DNA of 62,921 bases, counting the filler, from Reclinomonas americana ATCC 50394 (Eukaryota), in assembly GCA_048213135.1 (NCBI GenBank). It is 5 parts of 4 records of this genome, joined end to end, with 100 filler letters (N's around TTAATTAATTAA, not from the genome) between each part and the next. Parts side by side here need not be neighbours in the genome. Positions count along the whole stretch, not along the records: positions 26,804 to 57,860 come from PS015048.1; 4 more parts are not named here. One strand, 5' to 3'. The notes beneath the pieces were generated by a model. That model saw only the letters and a list, made by a program, of their open reading frames with translations. It had not been told where the DNA came from and made no database searches. Below are positions 39,401 through 52,715 of the stretch, piece by piece. A program made the position numbers and the translations under genes. Position 1 is the first letter of the stretch; every line of letters starts with the position of its first letter.

Positions 39401-40633
39401 CACTGCTGCCGCTGGTCGAGGTGGTGGACGGCACTTGCCGGCCTTCTTGTTGGCGTTGCGTTGTGTGTTTGTTTACAGAGAGAAGGCTGTGAGTTTTTCT
39501 AAGTACGTTTTTGTCGACCAGTGCACCCGGCGGCCGTAAAAAGTCCTCGTCTCGCACGACGAGCACAACAACGACCGCGGCCGTCGGTGATGCAGCGCCC
39601 GATGGCGGAGAGGGTCGGCGTGGGAGACGCGAGAAGGAAAATGAGTTGTGTGGAAAATCCTTTCCTATGATGCGCCGATGGTCTCCTCACTCACTCCCCC
39701 CAACCAGCCAACTGAGTCGTCTTGTCAGTGAGTTGCTGGGTGGTCAGGCCCACGACAGATCTCGCCTGCATCGCGAAAAGGACATGTACGATGTGGCTCG
39801 CATGACGCTCATGGAGGTCGGTGCAGCTCGTTCCGCGATACGCTTCCACTGGCTGCTGATGTTAATGTCGCCTCGCAGCGTTTTCATGTCCCCGAGGCCG
39901 ACATCCCCGCCTACTCGGCCTTTGGCGACTCACGCACTCCCAACGGATCGCCGCCGCCACCAGCGCCAGCGCCACGGCCCGTGGCACCACCTGTTCGCCG
40001 GCGACCACGTGCCGAACCACCATCAAAACGTTCATGCCAGCGGTCCGTCTCGCCGGAACCCGCTGCTGCTGCTGGCACGTCTTCATCTTCGCCCTCGCCA
40101 CCACCACCACCACCACGGCAAGCACCGCCCCAGGTATTTGTGTGCGCTGGTGACTGTCATTTCGCACTCTTGCTGAACCGTGCACGACAGCCGAGTTACA
40201 TGCAGAAAATGCTGCAGATGATCGCGGCAGCCGACACCGACGTGGAACTCGAGACAGCAGCCGCAGGAGAACCAACTGCGGCGACGGCATCCATACACCG
40301 GTGCGTATCTCGCCACACAAAACAAGCCACTCTCGGAACTCATTGCTTATTCATTTTCACCCTCCACAGCACCGGCAGCGCTGCGAGTGGGAGCGCAACA
40401 CCCCTGCTGTTTACACTGGAGCCGACACTCGCGTCTCGTGGTGAGCTCCCGTGCATGACACTCTCTGATCGCGCAATAACAACATCTCAACCACGCGCGT
40501 CTGCAGTATCGCGGTCCAACACGCAAGCCTCCTCGGCACGCGTACGCCGCAAACGCGGCAACAGTGTGTCTGCAGCCTCCTCCTCGTCCTCCTCCTCGTC
40601 TTCTTCTTCTTCCTCCTCCTCCTCCTCCTCCTC
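36417..40633 (+). CDS. Protein with PNK-like P-loop domain, degenerate HAD (GmhB/PNK3P-like) domain, SWIM Zn finger and disordered tail; both ends in gaps
   Basis: FLVGPPFTGK (spliced across 36546), GLHVVVVDRS..TRTSLI; LHPGLARAL..LVVFT..GVGMVAFL..LSLDNLVFVYGD; WTCTCPDF..MCKHLTAAI (CxC-xn-CxH). Confidence 0.65.
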
Positions 40634-41684
40634 NNNNNNNNNNNNNNNNNNNNNNNNNNNNNNNNNNNNNNNNNNNNNNNNNNNNNNNNNNNNNNNNNNN
40701 NNNNNNNNNNNNNNNNNNNNNNNNNNNNNNNNNNNNNNNNNNNNNNNNNNNNNNNNNNNNNNNNNNNNNNNNNNNNNNNNNNNNNNNNNNNNNNNNNNNN
40801 NNNNNNNNNNNNNNNNNNNNNNNNNNNNNNNNNNNNNNNNNNNNNNNNNNNNNNNNNNNNNNNNNNNNNNNNNNNNNNNNNNNNNNNNNNNNNNNNNNNN
40901 NNNNNNNNNNNNNNNNNNNNNNNNNNNNNNNNNNNNNNNNNNNNNNNNNNNNNNNNNNNNNNNNNNNNNNNNNNNNNNNNNNNNNNNNNNNNNNNNNNNN
41001 NNNNNNNNNNNNNNNNNNNNNNNNNNNNNNNNNNNNNNNNNNNNNNNNNNNNNNNNNNNNNNNNNNNNNNNNNNNNNNNNNNNNNNNNNNNNNNNNNNNN
41101 NNNNNNNNNNNNNNNNNNNNNNNNNNNNNNNNNNNNNNNNNNNNNNNNNNNNNNNNNNNNNNNNNNNNNNNNNNNNNNNNNNNNNNNNNNNNNNNNNNNN
41201 NNNNNNNNNNNNNNNNNNNNNNNNNNNNNNNNNNNNNNNNNNNNNNNNNNNNNNNNNNNNNNNNNNNNNNNNNNNNNNNNNNNNNNNNNNNNNNNNNNNN
41301 NNNNNNNNNNNNNNNNNNNNNNNNNNNNNNNNNNNNNNNNNNNNNNNNNNNNNNNNNNNNNNNNNNNNNNNNNNNNNNNNNNNNNNNNNNNNNNNNNNNN
41401 NNNNNNNNNNNNNNNNNNNNNNNNNNNNNNNNNNNNNNNNNNNNNNNNNNNNNNNNNNNNNNNNNNNNNNNNNNNNNNNNNNNNNNNNNNNNNNNNNNNN
41501 NNNNNNNNNNNNNNNNNNNNNNNNNNNNNNNNNNNNACGCACATGTGCGAGAAGAGAAATAATCAGACGCATTGTAATTGCAACGCACACGAGACACTGT
41601 TATCAGAGGACTCAATGCGTCACTCTCTCTCTCTTTCTCCCTCCCTCTCGCTCTCTGTTTATTCAACAGGCAAACACGAGTCAC

Positions 41685-44600
41685 ATGAATGGCGGCAACC
41701 ATGCGCGATGGAGAAGACGAACTCGCGCGGGAGCATCAAACACAACAGCAGCAGCTTCTCCACCTGTGCGTGCGTCCTCCAGTGCCACTGCCACCAGCAC
41801 CACTCCACGCAGTGAGCGACAGCAGCAGAGACGAGCAGCAGCAGCAGCAGCAGCAGTGGCATCGCCAGAGCAAGTGGGATTGGACTTGGTCGTTGTCACA
41901 GCAGCAGCAGGAGGAGAGGAGACGCGGCGGAGACGCTCGTTGGGAGGGCGACGAGTGGTGTCGCGCCAGCATCGGCGAGCAGCACGGCGACCGCCAGTGG
42001 AAGGCGATTTGGAGATGAGTCGACCGGGATCGTCGTCGTCGTCGTCGTCGGATGGTGGTGGGTCGAGTCAGAGCGCTGCCGATGCCGACGATGAGGACGA
42101 TGAGCAGGAGACGAGTGATTTGCAGGATGCGCCGGATCATAGTGGCGGGTCGGTGTCGGTGGCGGGCGTGCCGAGTGCGCTGGCCGCGGACTCTGGTGCG
42201 GGCACGGGGTCGAATGAGTTGGTGGTCGGTGGCACCGGTAATCATCTCATTCTCCATCACTGTGCGGTGTTGCGTGGCGCGCAAGCGATTCCGCGACTGG
42301 CACCGACGCACCAGACAGTGTCGCACAATGCGGCGGCGGCGGCAGCAGCAGCAGCAGCAGATGCGACAGGCGACGCGTCTTCTCCGGCGGCGGCGGCGGC
42401 GGCAGCGGCAGGAGTTGTGGCGATCATGGGAGGGGGTGCGGGAGGCGGTGGTGGGGCCAGTCGTGCTCATCCGCCCGCCGCGCATCATCTGACAGAGGCC
42501 ACCACCCGACCTCTGCCACCGGCCACTGGCACCCTTCATGCCGATTTTGTGGGCAATGGCCGAGCCCTGCGCGAACGAGCGCGCGCCTGGGTGGCCGAGG
42601 ACCCCGCGCACGTGAACTACCGACNNNNNNNNNNNNNNNNNNNNGATCACTGTGGCGCGAGGGTCAGCCACCGCAGGTGCTGGAGAAGTGGATTGCCAAC
42701 CTGCGGCCTGTTCATCGGTGAGTTGTGAGTATGAGTGCATGCTGGAGGAGTGTCATGTGTGAGAGTGCTGATTCGCAATCGCTGCACAGGTGCTCGGTGG
42801 AGGCACTGGCGTCGATTGCGCGAGTCGGTGAGATCCTGTCGCTGCGTTCGCGGGAGGAGATGCGATCGCTCGGCCGGCGTCGAGTGATCACCATGTGGTC
42901 CAAGTACGACCCGTTGGTTCGCCGCCTGAGAGAGTTGCGGACGTGATTGCGTTTTTTTCTTCGTCACATCTCGCCTGACTCTTTTGTTTGCAGGGATTTT
43001 GCGTTGGAGGCATACAGACACGATCTGTCAAACACTATCCAGTTGCTGGTCACGCAAGACGCGTCTATTGTGCAAGAGGGTGTGTTGCGCAACGAATTCG
43101 GTCAGCGTGGACTGCATCAGCGCGAGCAAAGCTACCAGCGCATGCGAGGTGCGTTTGTGTGGTCGTATTGTTGCGGAAAGGCGCGGGAGTTATCTCTGAA
43201 ACACGTGTGTTTTTTTGCGCGTCTGTAGCGGTCATGAGCACGATGAATTCGCTGGAGATGTTTGAGGTCCGTGTGCGTGCCGTGGCGCAGGAGTTGGCCG
43301 AGCGTCTCGTGGCCGGCCATCAGACATTCGGTATGGGCCATCCGGGCGACCGCGATCTGGACACGCACCAACACGTGTTTGCCATCTACGGTCCAAATAC
43401 CTACGTGGACTACGGAGCGGTGGCGCTCATCATCAGCCCCGATGTGATGAAGCATCCCGACGTGTATGGTTTGTGTGCGAATCGCTCAACAGAAACGAAC
43501 CGAGCTGCACATCTCACTCTCGTCAACAGTCACGCCAGTGGCTGCGCTGTCATTTACCAGCATGCAGGGATACGGGTTTGTGGTGGTCCTTGTCACTGTC
43601 GGTGTTGTTGTTGCCACTCTCTCGTGTCGCTGATTGGCTCGAGCGCAGCGGGTACGAGATGCGTCCGTGGAATTTAAGTGAGCGGCTGGAGGAGGTGAAT
43701 CGCGGCGTGCAGACCTCGTCCGCGGTGGCTACGCTGTGTTCTGACTTGCTGCTGCATCGGTAGGGAGTGGACGTATTGTCACGCACCCCGCTTCGATCTG
43801 GCACGTCGCATGGACCACAGGAGAATGCCTTGTACGTGGACCCCGACGTTGGCGAGCAGGTACGGCCTGGGCTGTCTTGTTCTCTGGATTGGCAGGAAGG
43901 AAAGTAACACTCCCGTGCACAGCTCTTTGAGGAGTCACGTGTGCATCCGTATTTGACACCAGACGCCGCCAGCCTGCTGGCGCACGACATTGCGTGCCGA
44001 GTGCGCCTCGTTCTCAGTGGTGGTCGCGAACCGCGACCGTTTGACAACTGGTGCGTCTCCGACTGCAGCATTCTGTGCATGTGGCATGCGGGAAACCCCA
44101 CTGACATGTCTGATACAGGCCGCGAGTACGTGAGCTGCTGCACGACATGGGATTCGAGGACCAGCTGGGAACGCCGGAGATGCTTCGAGTGTGCGTCCAA
44201 GAAACACAGCAGAGCAATGGCCGTTGATGTGCTTTTTTTTGGCTCACTCACACCACAGCATCGACGAGCACCCGCAACTGTTGATCGAGGTCTACACGGC
44301 GATGGATGCACACTCGTGTCTGGAGGCGCACTTGCCGCCGCGTGTGCCCGTGGAGTGGGTCGAGCGTGTTGTTCTGGACCAGGAGTCGTACAGTCGTGCG
44401 TTGCTTGCAGTGATGTGGGGTCGGTACAGCGCAAGACGGATGTCTGATCTTGCTGCTGTTCTGCTGCAGAGCTGATGTCGAGCATCGACCTGGCCAAGTA
44501 CCCCGCCGGCGCATTGTTGCTGGAGCGAATGGTGGTGCTCGACACACCCGAGGCTGTCGAAGACTATCAGGTTGCGTACATGCTGGATCCGTCGTTGCGA

Positions 44601-47131
44601 AGACCGCTGTTGGATGTGTCGCCGGCAGGTAAGCATGACGGACCTGTCTTTCCATCCCTCCCGCCCCTGCACACCTCGTTGCTCATTTCCACCAGGTCTG
44701 TGCTGCGAGCTGCGCGATCTGCGACTGCGACCCGTGTGGCTGCCGGTGGCACTCGGCGACGATCCAACATACATTGAGATGAAATTCGAGGCCCGTGTGT
44801 ACGGCGAGATGCGCATCATGCTGGCCGACAGCACTGCCGTGCATTCGCTGCGACTGGATGGCATCCGTCGCGCTCCCGTCAACTTTGGCGACAAGTCATA
44901 CACCGTATGCTTTGGTTGTATCTCTGCGGCGAATGCCAGTCAGCCGTGCGAAACCGCCATTCGTCGCGGTGGCGGGCCCGAGTGGACCGTGTCTGTTGCG
45001 TTGCATGCGAATTGCGCCCTCGTTCCAGTTGATGTGAGCTCACCGTGTCATGATCAGACCACGAACAATGCAGCGCTGGCAGTGGAGGGTTCGCGCGACT
45101 CTTACTGGGTCGTGTACGAGCGCAAGATGACTGCCGACGGACCGCTGGCGCGCATCCAAATCGGTCGCACCACCGATGTGGGCGACGCGCCGCTGTTGGT
45201 GTGGGAGGACCCGTCTCCGTTCACAGTGCAGAACATTGCCGTCACTTGCTGCGATGATCCGGTCAGTGTCTACCAGCTGCATGTGCGAGTCATCAATGAG
45301 GTTGGTCGGACGCTGCATGTAGGTGTTCGCACTCTTCCCCCCTCACCCAGCCTCCTTTGTGCGCAGAATCGTGACGGTCGAAAGGTGTCATCAACCTTTC
45401 CGCCCACTGCGTCGGAGACGTTGTCGAATGATCAGCTGGTGGGTGTTTCTCCCTTGTTGTTCATGAGTGGTTCTCGAGGAGAGGTTGTTGACGAATATCA
45501 CCCTGTGTAGCCGACGGGAGTGCGGCGTGTGGCCAACTCGTCGAGTGTGTTGGCCTTTGACGTAGCCGCGTTGCGAACTCGCAATGTCGTCTTCTCGCTG
45601 GCTTCGCTGGTGCAACCGTCGCTGCCGCCGCCGCCCACGCGATTCTCTGCTGACGGTACGTCATCGTCAGTGTGTGGTTTTGCGCTCNNNNNNNNNNNNN
45701 NNNNNNNNNNNNNNNNNNNNNNNNNNNNNNNNNNNNNNNNNNNNNNNNNNNNNNNNNNNNNNNNNNNNNNNNNNNNNNNNNNNNNNNNNNNNNNNNNNNN
45801 NNNNNNNNNNNNNNNNNNNNNNNNNNNNNNNNNNNNNNNNNNNNNNNNNNNNNNNNNNNNNNNNNNNNNNNNNNNNNNNNNNNNNNNNNNNNNNNNNNNN
45901 NNNNNNNNNNNNNNNNNNNNNNNNNNNNNNNNNNNNNNNNNNNNNNNNNNNNNNNNNNNNNNNNNNNNNNNNNNNNNNNNNNNNNNNNNNNNNNNNNNNN
46001 NNNNNNNNNNNNNNNNNNNNNNNNNNNNNNNNNNNNNNNNNNNNNNNNNNNNNNNNNNNNNNNNNNNNNNNNNNNNNNNNNNNNNNNNNNNNNNNNNNNN
46101 NNNNNNNNNNACAACCATCGCCAACTGCTGTGAAGAAGGACGACACCAGTGGGGCGACGTAGGTGCTGCTCGGTGATCCCTGGGCGATGAGCGGAGGTGT
46201 CGGCGGAGTGGAGAGCGACGTCATCAGTGGGCTGTGATGCGTGCGCAGCACCGGGATCGACAGCGTTGCTGTACGAAATATCAAATGTGAGTGAGTGAGT
46301 GCAAACACTCTCGGAAAAGACAAGGTACGGCGCAACATGAGGCAAGCCGGTCATCGGGGAGCGACTGAGAGGCGCCGAGCGGCGCCGACAATGGCATGGA
46401 TTTGGCTGCTGTTCGATTGGCGGTGTATGGGGCAGCCAAAGCCGGCGCCGACACAGCCTGCAGTGACGGGGACGGTCCCGCACTCTGTTCACCCGAGCCA
46501 TCGCCATCGGGGCTGTGCCGACGAAGAGTATCGACCTCCGGCGCCGACGACGAGCTCAGCTCACCGCCGCTCTCGAACGTCGACACGCGAGCCCACGGCA
46601 TACCTGCAACGTCCACAGCAATGGTGAGCAGAAGAAGAACAGCCACTGCNNNNNNNNNNNNNNNNNNNNNNNNNNNNNNNNNNNNNNNNNNNNNNNNNNN
46701 NNNNNNNNNNNNNNNNNNNNNNNNNNNNNNNNNNNNNNNNNNNNNNNNNGGTAGTGGGGGCATGTCTCCGCCGCTGAGTGGGGGCATGTCTCCGCCGCTG
46801 CCTCCGTCGTCGCTGCCGCTGTGTGCGCCTCTCATTGGCACATCTGCGGCCATTGCCGGCGCGCCCAATCTGCCGGGTGAGTCCAGTGTGTGTCTGTCTG
46901 TCTTCATCGGTTGGCGCCACAATCACTGACGCTGCTTCTGGTCGTTTTTTAGGCACTCCGACCGGTGCATCACCAAAGCCGTACGCACGCAGATCGAGCA
47001 GTCCTTCGCCTTCACCAGTGTTGCGTCCAGCACCACCGGCACTACCGCCGCCACTGGTCGCCACCACCACCGCCACCACGACTTCCGTGACGCGTTCTGG
47101 CGGACCATACCGACCTTCGTCGCAGTCGTGA
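41685..47131 (+). CDS. Large protein with DarT/DUF4433-like ADP-ribosyltransferase-fold core and a downstream beta-rich (FAMeT/DUF3421-like) domain; the part beyond the 45688 gap may be a separate gene
   Basis: Spliced WIANLRPVHRCSVEALASIARVGEILS, GDRDLDTHQHVFAIYGP..YGAVALIISPDVMKHPD, DAHSCLEAHLPPRVPVEWVERVVL; then YWVVYER..IQIGR..PLLVWEDPSP. Confidence 0.6.
46753..46800 (+). repeat. 24-bp coding tandem repeat (SGGMSPPL) x2 abutting an N gap
   Basis: AGTGGGGGCATGTCTCCGCCGCTG occurs twice directly after the gap; possibly the edge of a longer collapsed array. Confidence 0.8.
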
Positions 47132-47243
47132 TGAAAAAAATACTTGTACCTGTTTATGTATGCGTTACTGTTACATCAATTCATTACACATTGATTACAA
47201 GCGGTGTGTGTGTCCCTGGAATTCGTTTCTTTTTTAAAAGGCC

Positions 47244-48395
47244 TCACGCCACTGGGGGTGGCGGAGTTAAAATCCACATTGCACCGCTCTGCTCGGCGAC
47301 CACGATTGGATCTCGGGTGATCGAGTCGGTCTCCGTGTTGATGGTCCACGAGCTGGAGGGTTCACGTGAGAGCGGAGCCGGCTTCATGTCGACGCGTGGC
47401 GACGATTCTGCACTCTTGATGCCGCCGCCGCTGACTCCACCGCTGCTCAGCAGGCGCGCTGAAGTGTTGACCTTGGTGGTCGTGTCCGCATGCCGCAGTC
47501 GTGGCGGAGGTGGAGTCGGCGTCTTCCCCGCCGATCGCATGCTGTCGACGGCGCTGAGTGAATCACGTGACTCGGACGACTCGTTGTCACTGTCGGCATC
47601 GTCGCCACCACCGACGGCTCGAATAAGCGAGTCGCCATCCCAGGCCATGGGCTTGATCGGCGCACCCGTCGAGTGCACTGTCGCCGCGCGTCTGCGATTC
47701 GGCGACTGACTGCGCGTCCGTTTGACCGCACCGTCGTCGGCCGGCAGCGCCAGCTCGTCGGGATCCTGCGTCCACATGGCGTCGATGGTGATTGACCGCG
47801 AGTGATGTGGGCGATGATGGCCGCCTTCGTTGAGCTTGGCGCGTGTTCCTTGCGGAAGCAGGCGCGGTCGAGCTGCCGCTGCAATGACGTCTGACAACGG
47901 CGCCGTGATGGCGGTGCCGTTTCCGCGCGGTGATCCGCCGGCACTGAGAGAGGTGCGGCGAATACCACTGTCGTCCATGGAGAGCGACGAGGCACTGCGG
48001 CGTCGGCGATCGCGCTTCTCTCGCAGCTTCTGCTGCAACACCGGGAACTGGTTGGGATCGACCATGCGATCCGACGCGCGGCTGCAGTCGGAGAAGGCCG
48101 ATTCGGAAGGTGCGTGTCGCGCGAGCGGCAACAACATGCCAGGTGTCCGTGGCGAGCTGGGTGCACTGAGCGAATACGCCGGTGACAGCGGCATACTGGC
48201 GGCGTAGCCAGGTGGATACAGGCTGCCATGCATCGACGGCGAGAAGCGCGAGTTCGACGATGGTGTGATCAGCGGCGAGTCGAGCAGCAAGTCGCGCGAC
48301 ATGATCGACAATGGTGGCGGCGGCTGCGCCTGCATCTTGGCCGGCATGTGTCGAAGCGACTGCATCTGTTGCTGCTGCTGTTGCATCTGCTGCCA

Positions 48396-48426
<31 letters not shown>

Positions 48427-51400
48427 CATTGCTGCTGTTGTTGTTGTTGCTGCTGCTGCATTTGCCATTGCTGCTGCTGTTGCTGCTGCTGTTGCTGCTG
48501 CTGCTGTTGCTGCTGTTGCTGCTGCTGTTGTTGTTGCTGCCACTGCAGCAGCTGCTGGTGTTGTTGCTGCATCTCCATCTGCTGCGTGTGGCGAAGACTG
48601 CCGAACAAGAGCTGGTTGCTGCCGACTGCCGGCACCATCGGCGACATGAGGTTGGCTGGCACCTGCATGAACGGATCCGTCACTGTCGACAGCGTCTGCG
48701 ACGGTGGATCGTTCGTCCGCATGCTGCGGCTTGCCGGGAAACCACGCGGACGCGGCGGTGATTTGATCGGGCCGGTCTCTGTGAGTTGGGAGGTGGTTGA
48801 GAATCACTGTCTCCCTAAAACGTGCGGCAGACGTGCGCTGCGCAACTCGTCTCACTCGTCGTCCGTCGCACACTTTCGTGGGAGTTGTCGAGTACTCCCG
48901 TCTCACCGAGTCGCATGGGCGGCTAATGCAGCACGATGACGGTGGTGAGTAACACGCACACAAGAGACACAATCAGTCACATTCACACACGCTCTCACCA
49001 ATGTGTTGTGTCGTCGGCGTCCCTGCGGCTGTGGTTGCTGTTGTGGCATCGACTGGGTGGGTGCCAACATGCTGTCATCAGGCGCACTGAACGTGGGCTG
49101 CAACAATCCCGAGTCGTCGTCGGCTGCGGCGCCGCTGTCGACGAGACCATCCACAACCAGTTCTCCGTCCATGCCAGCAACGCCACTCTCCGAGTCGTCC
49201 ACCATAAAGTGTGCCGTCGACTGCCCACCGTTCTGTTGCTGCTGCTGCTGCAGTTGCTGCTGCTGCAGCTGCGCCTCCTCTCCAGCATTGACAATCACCA
49301 CACGTCCACTGTTGGAGCGTGACGGGCCGGGGCTGCCTCCTCGGGAGAGTGCACGAAGAATTCCCGTCGGCAGCTTGCTGGTCGACGTCTCGGCACTCGA
49401 CGCTGCTGTGATGGCGTTGCGGACCGTGTTGACAAATTGGGTCGCACGCGCCGAGTCGTACCCGGCCGCTGTTGCGGCAGCGCCACCACCCGTACTGAGA
49501 ACCGATGACGTGCCGCTGGCACCGCGCGGCGAAGTGCTTCGCGAAGCCGACCGCAGATAGTGGCCAATGATGGTGAACGCCACACCGCCGGACGCACTCT
49601 GTCGCAGGCTCCCCGAGGCCGAGGCCAGATCATCGCCGTCCGCTTGTGTCGCTGGGTCGTCGGCACGGCTCGCGGTGGGCGATGTCTCGTCGAACGAAGC
49701 ATCGTCGCCACCATCGGGACCGGCAACCAGCATGGCACGTCGGCGCAGATATCGCTGACGTGTGTTCTTCAGGCGGTCACGCAGCGAGTCGCTGATGGTC
49801 TTCCAGTGGTCCACATTGTCGGTGATCAGTTCGTCACTCGAGAGCTCCGCGGCAACGATGGAATCGTCGAGAGTGTCGTTGAGGTCGACTGGTGCGCCAC
49901 CGCCCAGCACAATGTCGTCCACGTGTCCGTGCAGCCACGGGTGCTCCAACATTTGCTCGAGGGTCAGTCGTGCAGAGCCGTCCTTGACCAGGAGGCTCTT
50001 GAGGAAGTCGATGCACAACTCGCTCACCAGACCCTCGGGGTAGTGCACTCTGTGGGTTTTGTTTGCACACTGTAAGCAACAACTACCGCAGCCGGGAAAT
50101 GGTCGTGCAGAGTGGGGTTAAACGGCACGACACGCAACTCCTTGGTCTTGATTTCGCGATACATGCCGATTTCGCTGTCGGCAAAGAACGGCAGCTTGCC
50201 GAAGAGCATGACATACAGTGTGACGCCCATGGCCCACACGTCAGCCGCACGCCCGGGCACCGATTCGCCTTGCAAGGCTTCGGGTGCCACAAACGCCGGC
50301 GTGCCCTTGGTCATGCGCATCACGTCGTTGTCGGCAGTAAAGGTGGAGCTGACACCAAAGTCGCCAATCTTGAGGCGATCGTTCGAGTCCACCAGCAGAT
50401 TCTCCGGCTTGATGTCGCGATGTACAATCTTGTTCTCGTGCACTGTCGAATGCGACTGCAAGTCAGAAGCTGAATGCAGCACGGGGACTGCGTGCAGTCA
50501 GTCACGCAACAATACATCATGCCCTCGATCATGTCAATCATGTACTTGCGAGCTTGCGTCTCGTGCAACGCCGGCTCCTTGGAGTACCCGTTCTTCTCCA
50601 AACTCATCACTGCTCCGCGCTCAACATACTGCATCGAAAGATAAACAAATAAACAGTGAGACTCTACTACTACTACTCCCACGAGCGAGCACGACGACGC
50701 ACTCACCTCCATCACCATGTACAGCTTGTGCTTTGACGGGNNNNNNNNNNNNNNNNNNNNNNNNNNNNNNNNNNNNNNNNNNNNNNNNNNNNNNNNNNNN
50801 NNNNNNNNNNNNNNNNNNNNNNNNNNNNNNNNNNNNNNNNNNNNNNNNNNNNNNNNNNNNNNNNNNNNNNNNNNNNNNNNNNNNNNNNNNNNNNNNNNNN
50901 NNNNNNNNNNNNNNNNNNNNNNNNNNNNNNNNNNNNNNNNNNNNNNNNNNNNNNNNNNNNNNNNNNNNNNNNNNNNNNNNNNNNNNNNNNNNNNNNNNNN
51001 NNNNNNNNNNNNNNNNNNNNNNNNNNNNNNNNNNNNNNNNNNNNNNNNNNNNNNNNNNNNNNNNNNNNNNNNNNNNNNNNNNNNNNNNNNNNNNNNNNNN
51101 NNNNNNNNNNNNNNNNNNNNNNNNNNNNNNNNNNNNNNNNNNNNNNNNNNNNNNNNNNNNNNNNNNNNNNNNNNNNNNNNNNNNNNNNNNNNNNNNNNNN
51201 NNNNNNNNNNNNNNNNNNNNNNNNNNNNNNNNNNNNNNNNNNNNNNNNNNNNNNNNNNNNNNNNNNNNNNNNNNNNNNNNNNNNNNNNNNNNNNNNNNNN
51301 NNNNNNNNNNNNNNNNNNNNNNNNNNNNNNNNNNNNNNNNNNNNNNNNNNNNNNNNNNNNNNNNNNNNNNNNNNNNNNNNNNNNNNNNNNNNNNNNNNNN

Positions 51401-52482
51401 NNNNNNNNNNNNNNNNNNNNNNNCGCGCCGCCGTCAACCAGCGACTGCGGTCGCATCATCACGGTGCCCCCAATGTCGGTCGACGGGTCCACTCGCATGT
51501 GCGTGATCGAGGCCGCATGGCCAGCTGTGCACGTGCCGGCCACCGTCACCAGCACCGCACCGCTCACCGACTCGGTCATCGAGGGCGTCGCGTGCTCGTG
51601 ACTGCGATGGTGTGGCAGGTGTCGGTCGTCGTCGGTGACCACCGACGACGCGTCGCCATGTGCAGCTCGCATAATGACACTTCCGCTGACCGCCGTCAGT
51701 GCCGAGTCGTGCGGAATCCCAAACGACTCGGACATGATCTCCGTCTGCAAATGCGCCACCACGGTGGTGAGACGACATGCATCTACGCTCACACCCATTG
51801 TGCTTGAATGCGTACCTTGGTCTGCTCGAGGCTCCCGGTCGACAGCATGCGATTTGGTGGTCGGCGCATCACCTGCGGAGGTGCCGACTTGTCTGGCGAT
51901 CGCGGCGACGCCACCACTTCGTACACTTGTTCGCGTGGGGCGGCCGCAGTAGCAGGCTCCGGCTGCTGTCGCGGCTGGCGATGCTTGTGGCGGCGGTGAT
52001 GATGCTGATGCGCATGCCGCTGGCGAGACCGTTCTTTATCACTGCCACCACTCGCAGATTCCACTGCAGTATTATTGGTGGCACCAGCGATCGACGACGA
52101 AGATGCGGCGGTCACGCTCCCCTGAAACTGCGCCACTGTGACACACAAAACAACGTCGGTGAGTGATCTTGTGTAGAATAGAGAGACAGAGAGAGAGAGA
52201 CAGAGAGAGAGAGGGCACGCGCGAAGGAAAAACTTTTTTCGGTTCACACCAAAGGCAGTCGGTGTTCGCAAATGCACTGACAAGTGACGTTTCAGCGTGT
52301 CTTTCGTGCACAGCCAGCGCACACACGCAAGGGAGAGAGACAGTCAAGGAAGAGAGGGGGAATGGGGGAGAGGAGAGTGCGTGCAAGGAGGAGAGTCGAA
52401 GAGAAACAGCGTCGTCCTGAAAAAATTGGCTGTTTCCTATTGCCTCACCTGGCGACGCTCCCCGACTTGCGCACACTCCCAT
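47244..52482 (-). CDS. CaMKK/SnAK(GRIK)/Sak1-family Ser/Thr kinase with MGVCAS acylation motif and long polyQ-containing tail
   Basis: KLYMVMEYVERG, YLHENKIVHRDIKPENLL, KIGDFGVS..TKGTPAFVAPE, GRAADVWAMGVTLY..FGKLPF, LEHPWL. The N-lobe lies in gap 50741-51423; first exon ATG GGA GTG TGC GCA AGT..G|GTGAGG. Confidence 0.9.
48361..48570 (-). repeat. CAG/CAA polyglutamine tract punctuated by W/M
   Basis: Q-rich run in the ORF 47244-48722. Confidence 0.9.
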
Positions 52483-52715
52483 GGTCGTTGCCAGTCACAG
52501 AGATCACGCGTGTGCCTTTGTCGCCCAACCCTCCACCAACGTCCCCCACTTCCAGGCTTCCGACACACACACACGCGCGAGCGCACACAATTTTTCGGCA
52601 CGCAATGACTCTTCTCGCCAGTTGCGTCAAAAAAACGATATTTCCCAACCGCCAGTCCACCGCCCAATCCGGTCGACCGAACATCGTTCTTTCACNNNNN
52701 NNNNNNNNNNNNNNN

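Noticed and set aside
48228-48939. Poly-Cys / poly-Leu / poly-Ala ORFs
   Set aside because: Alternative-frame and antisense readings of the CAG polyQ tract.
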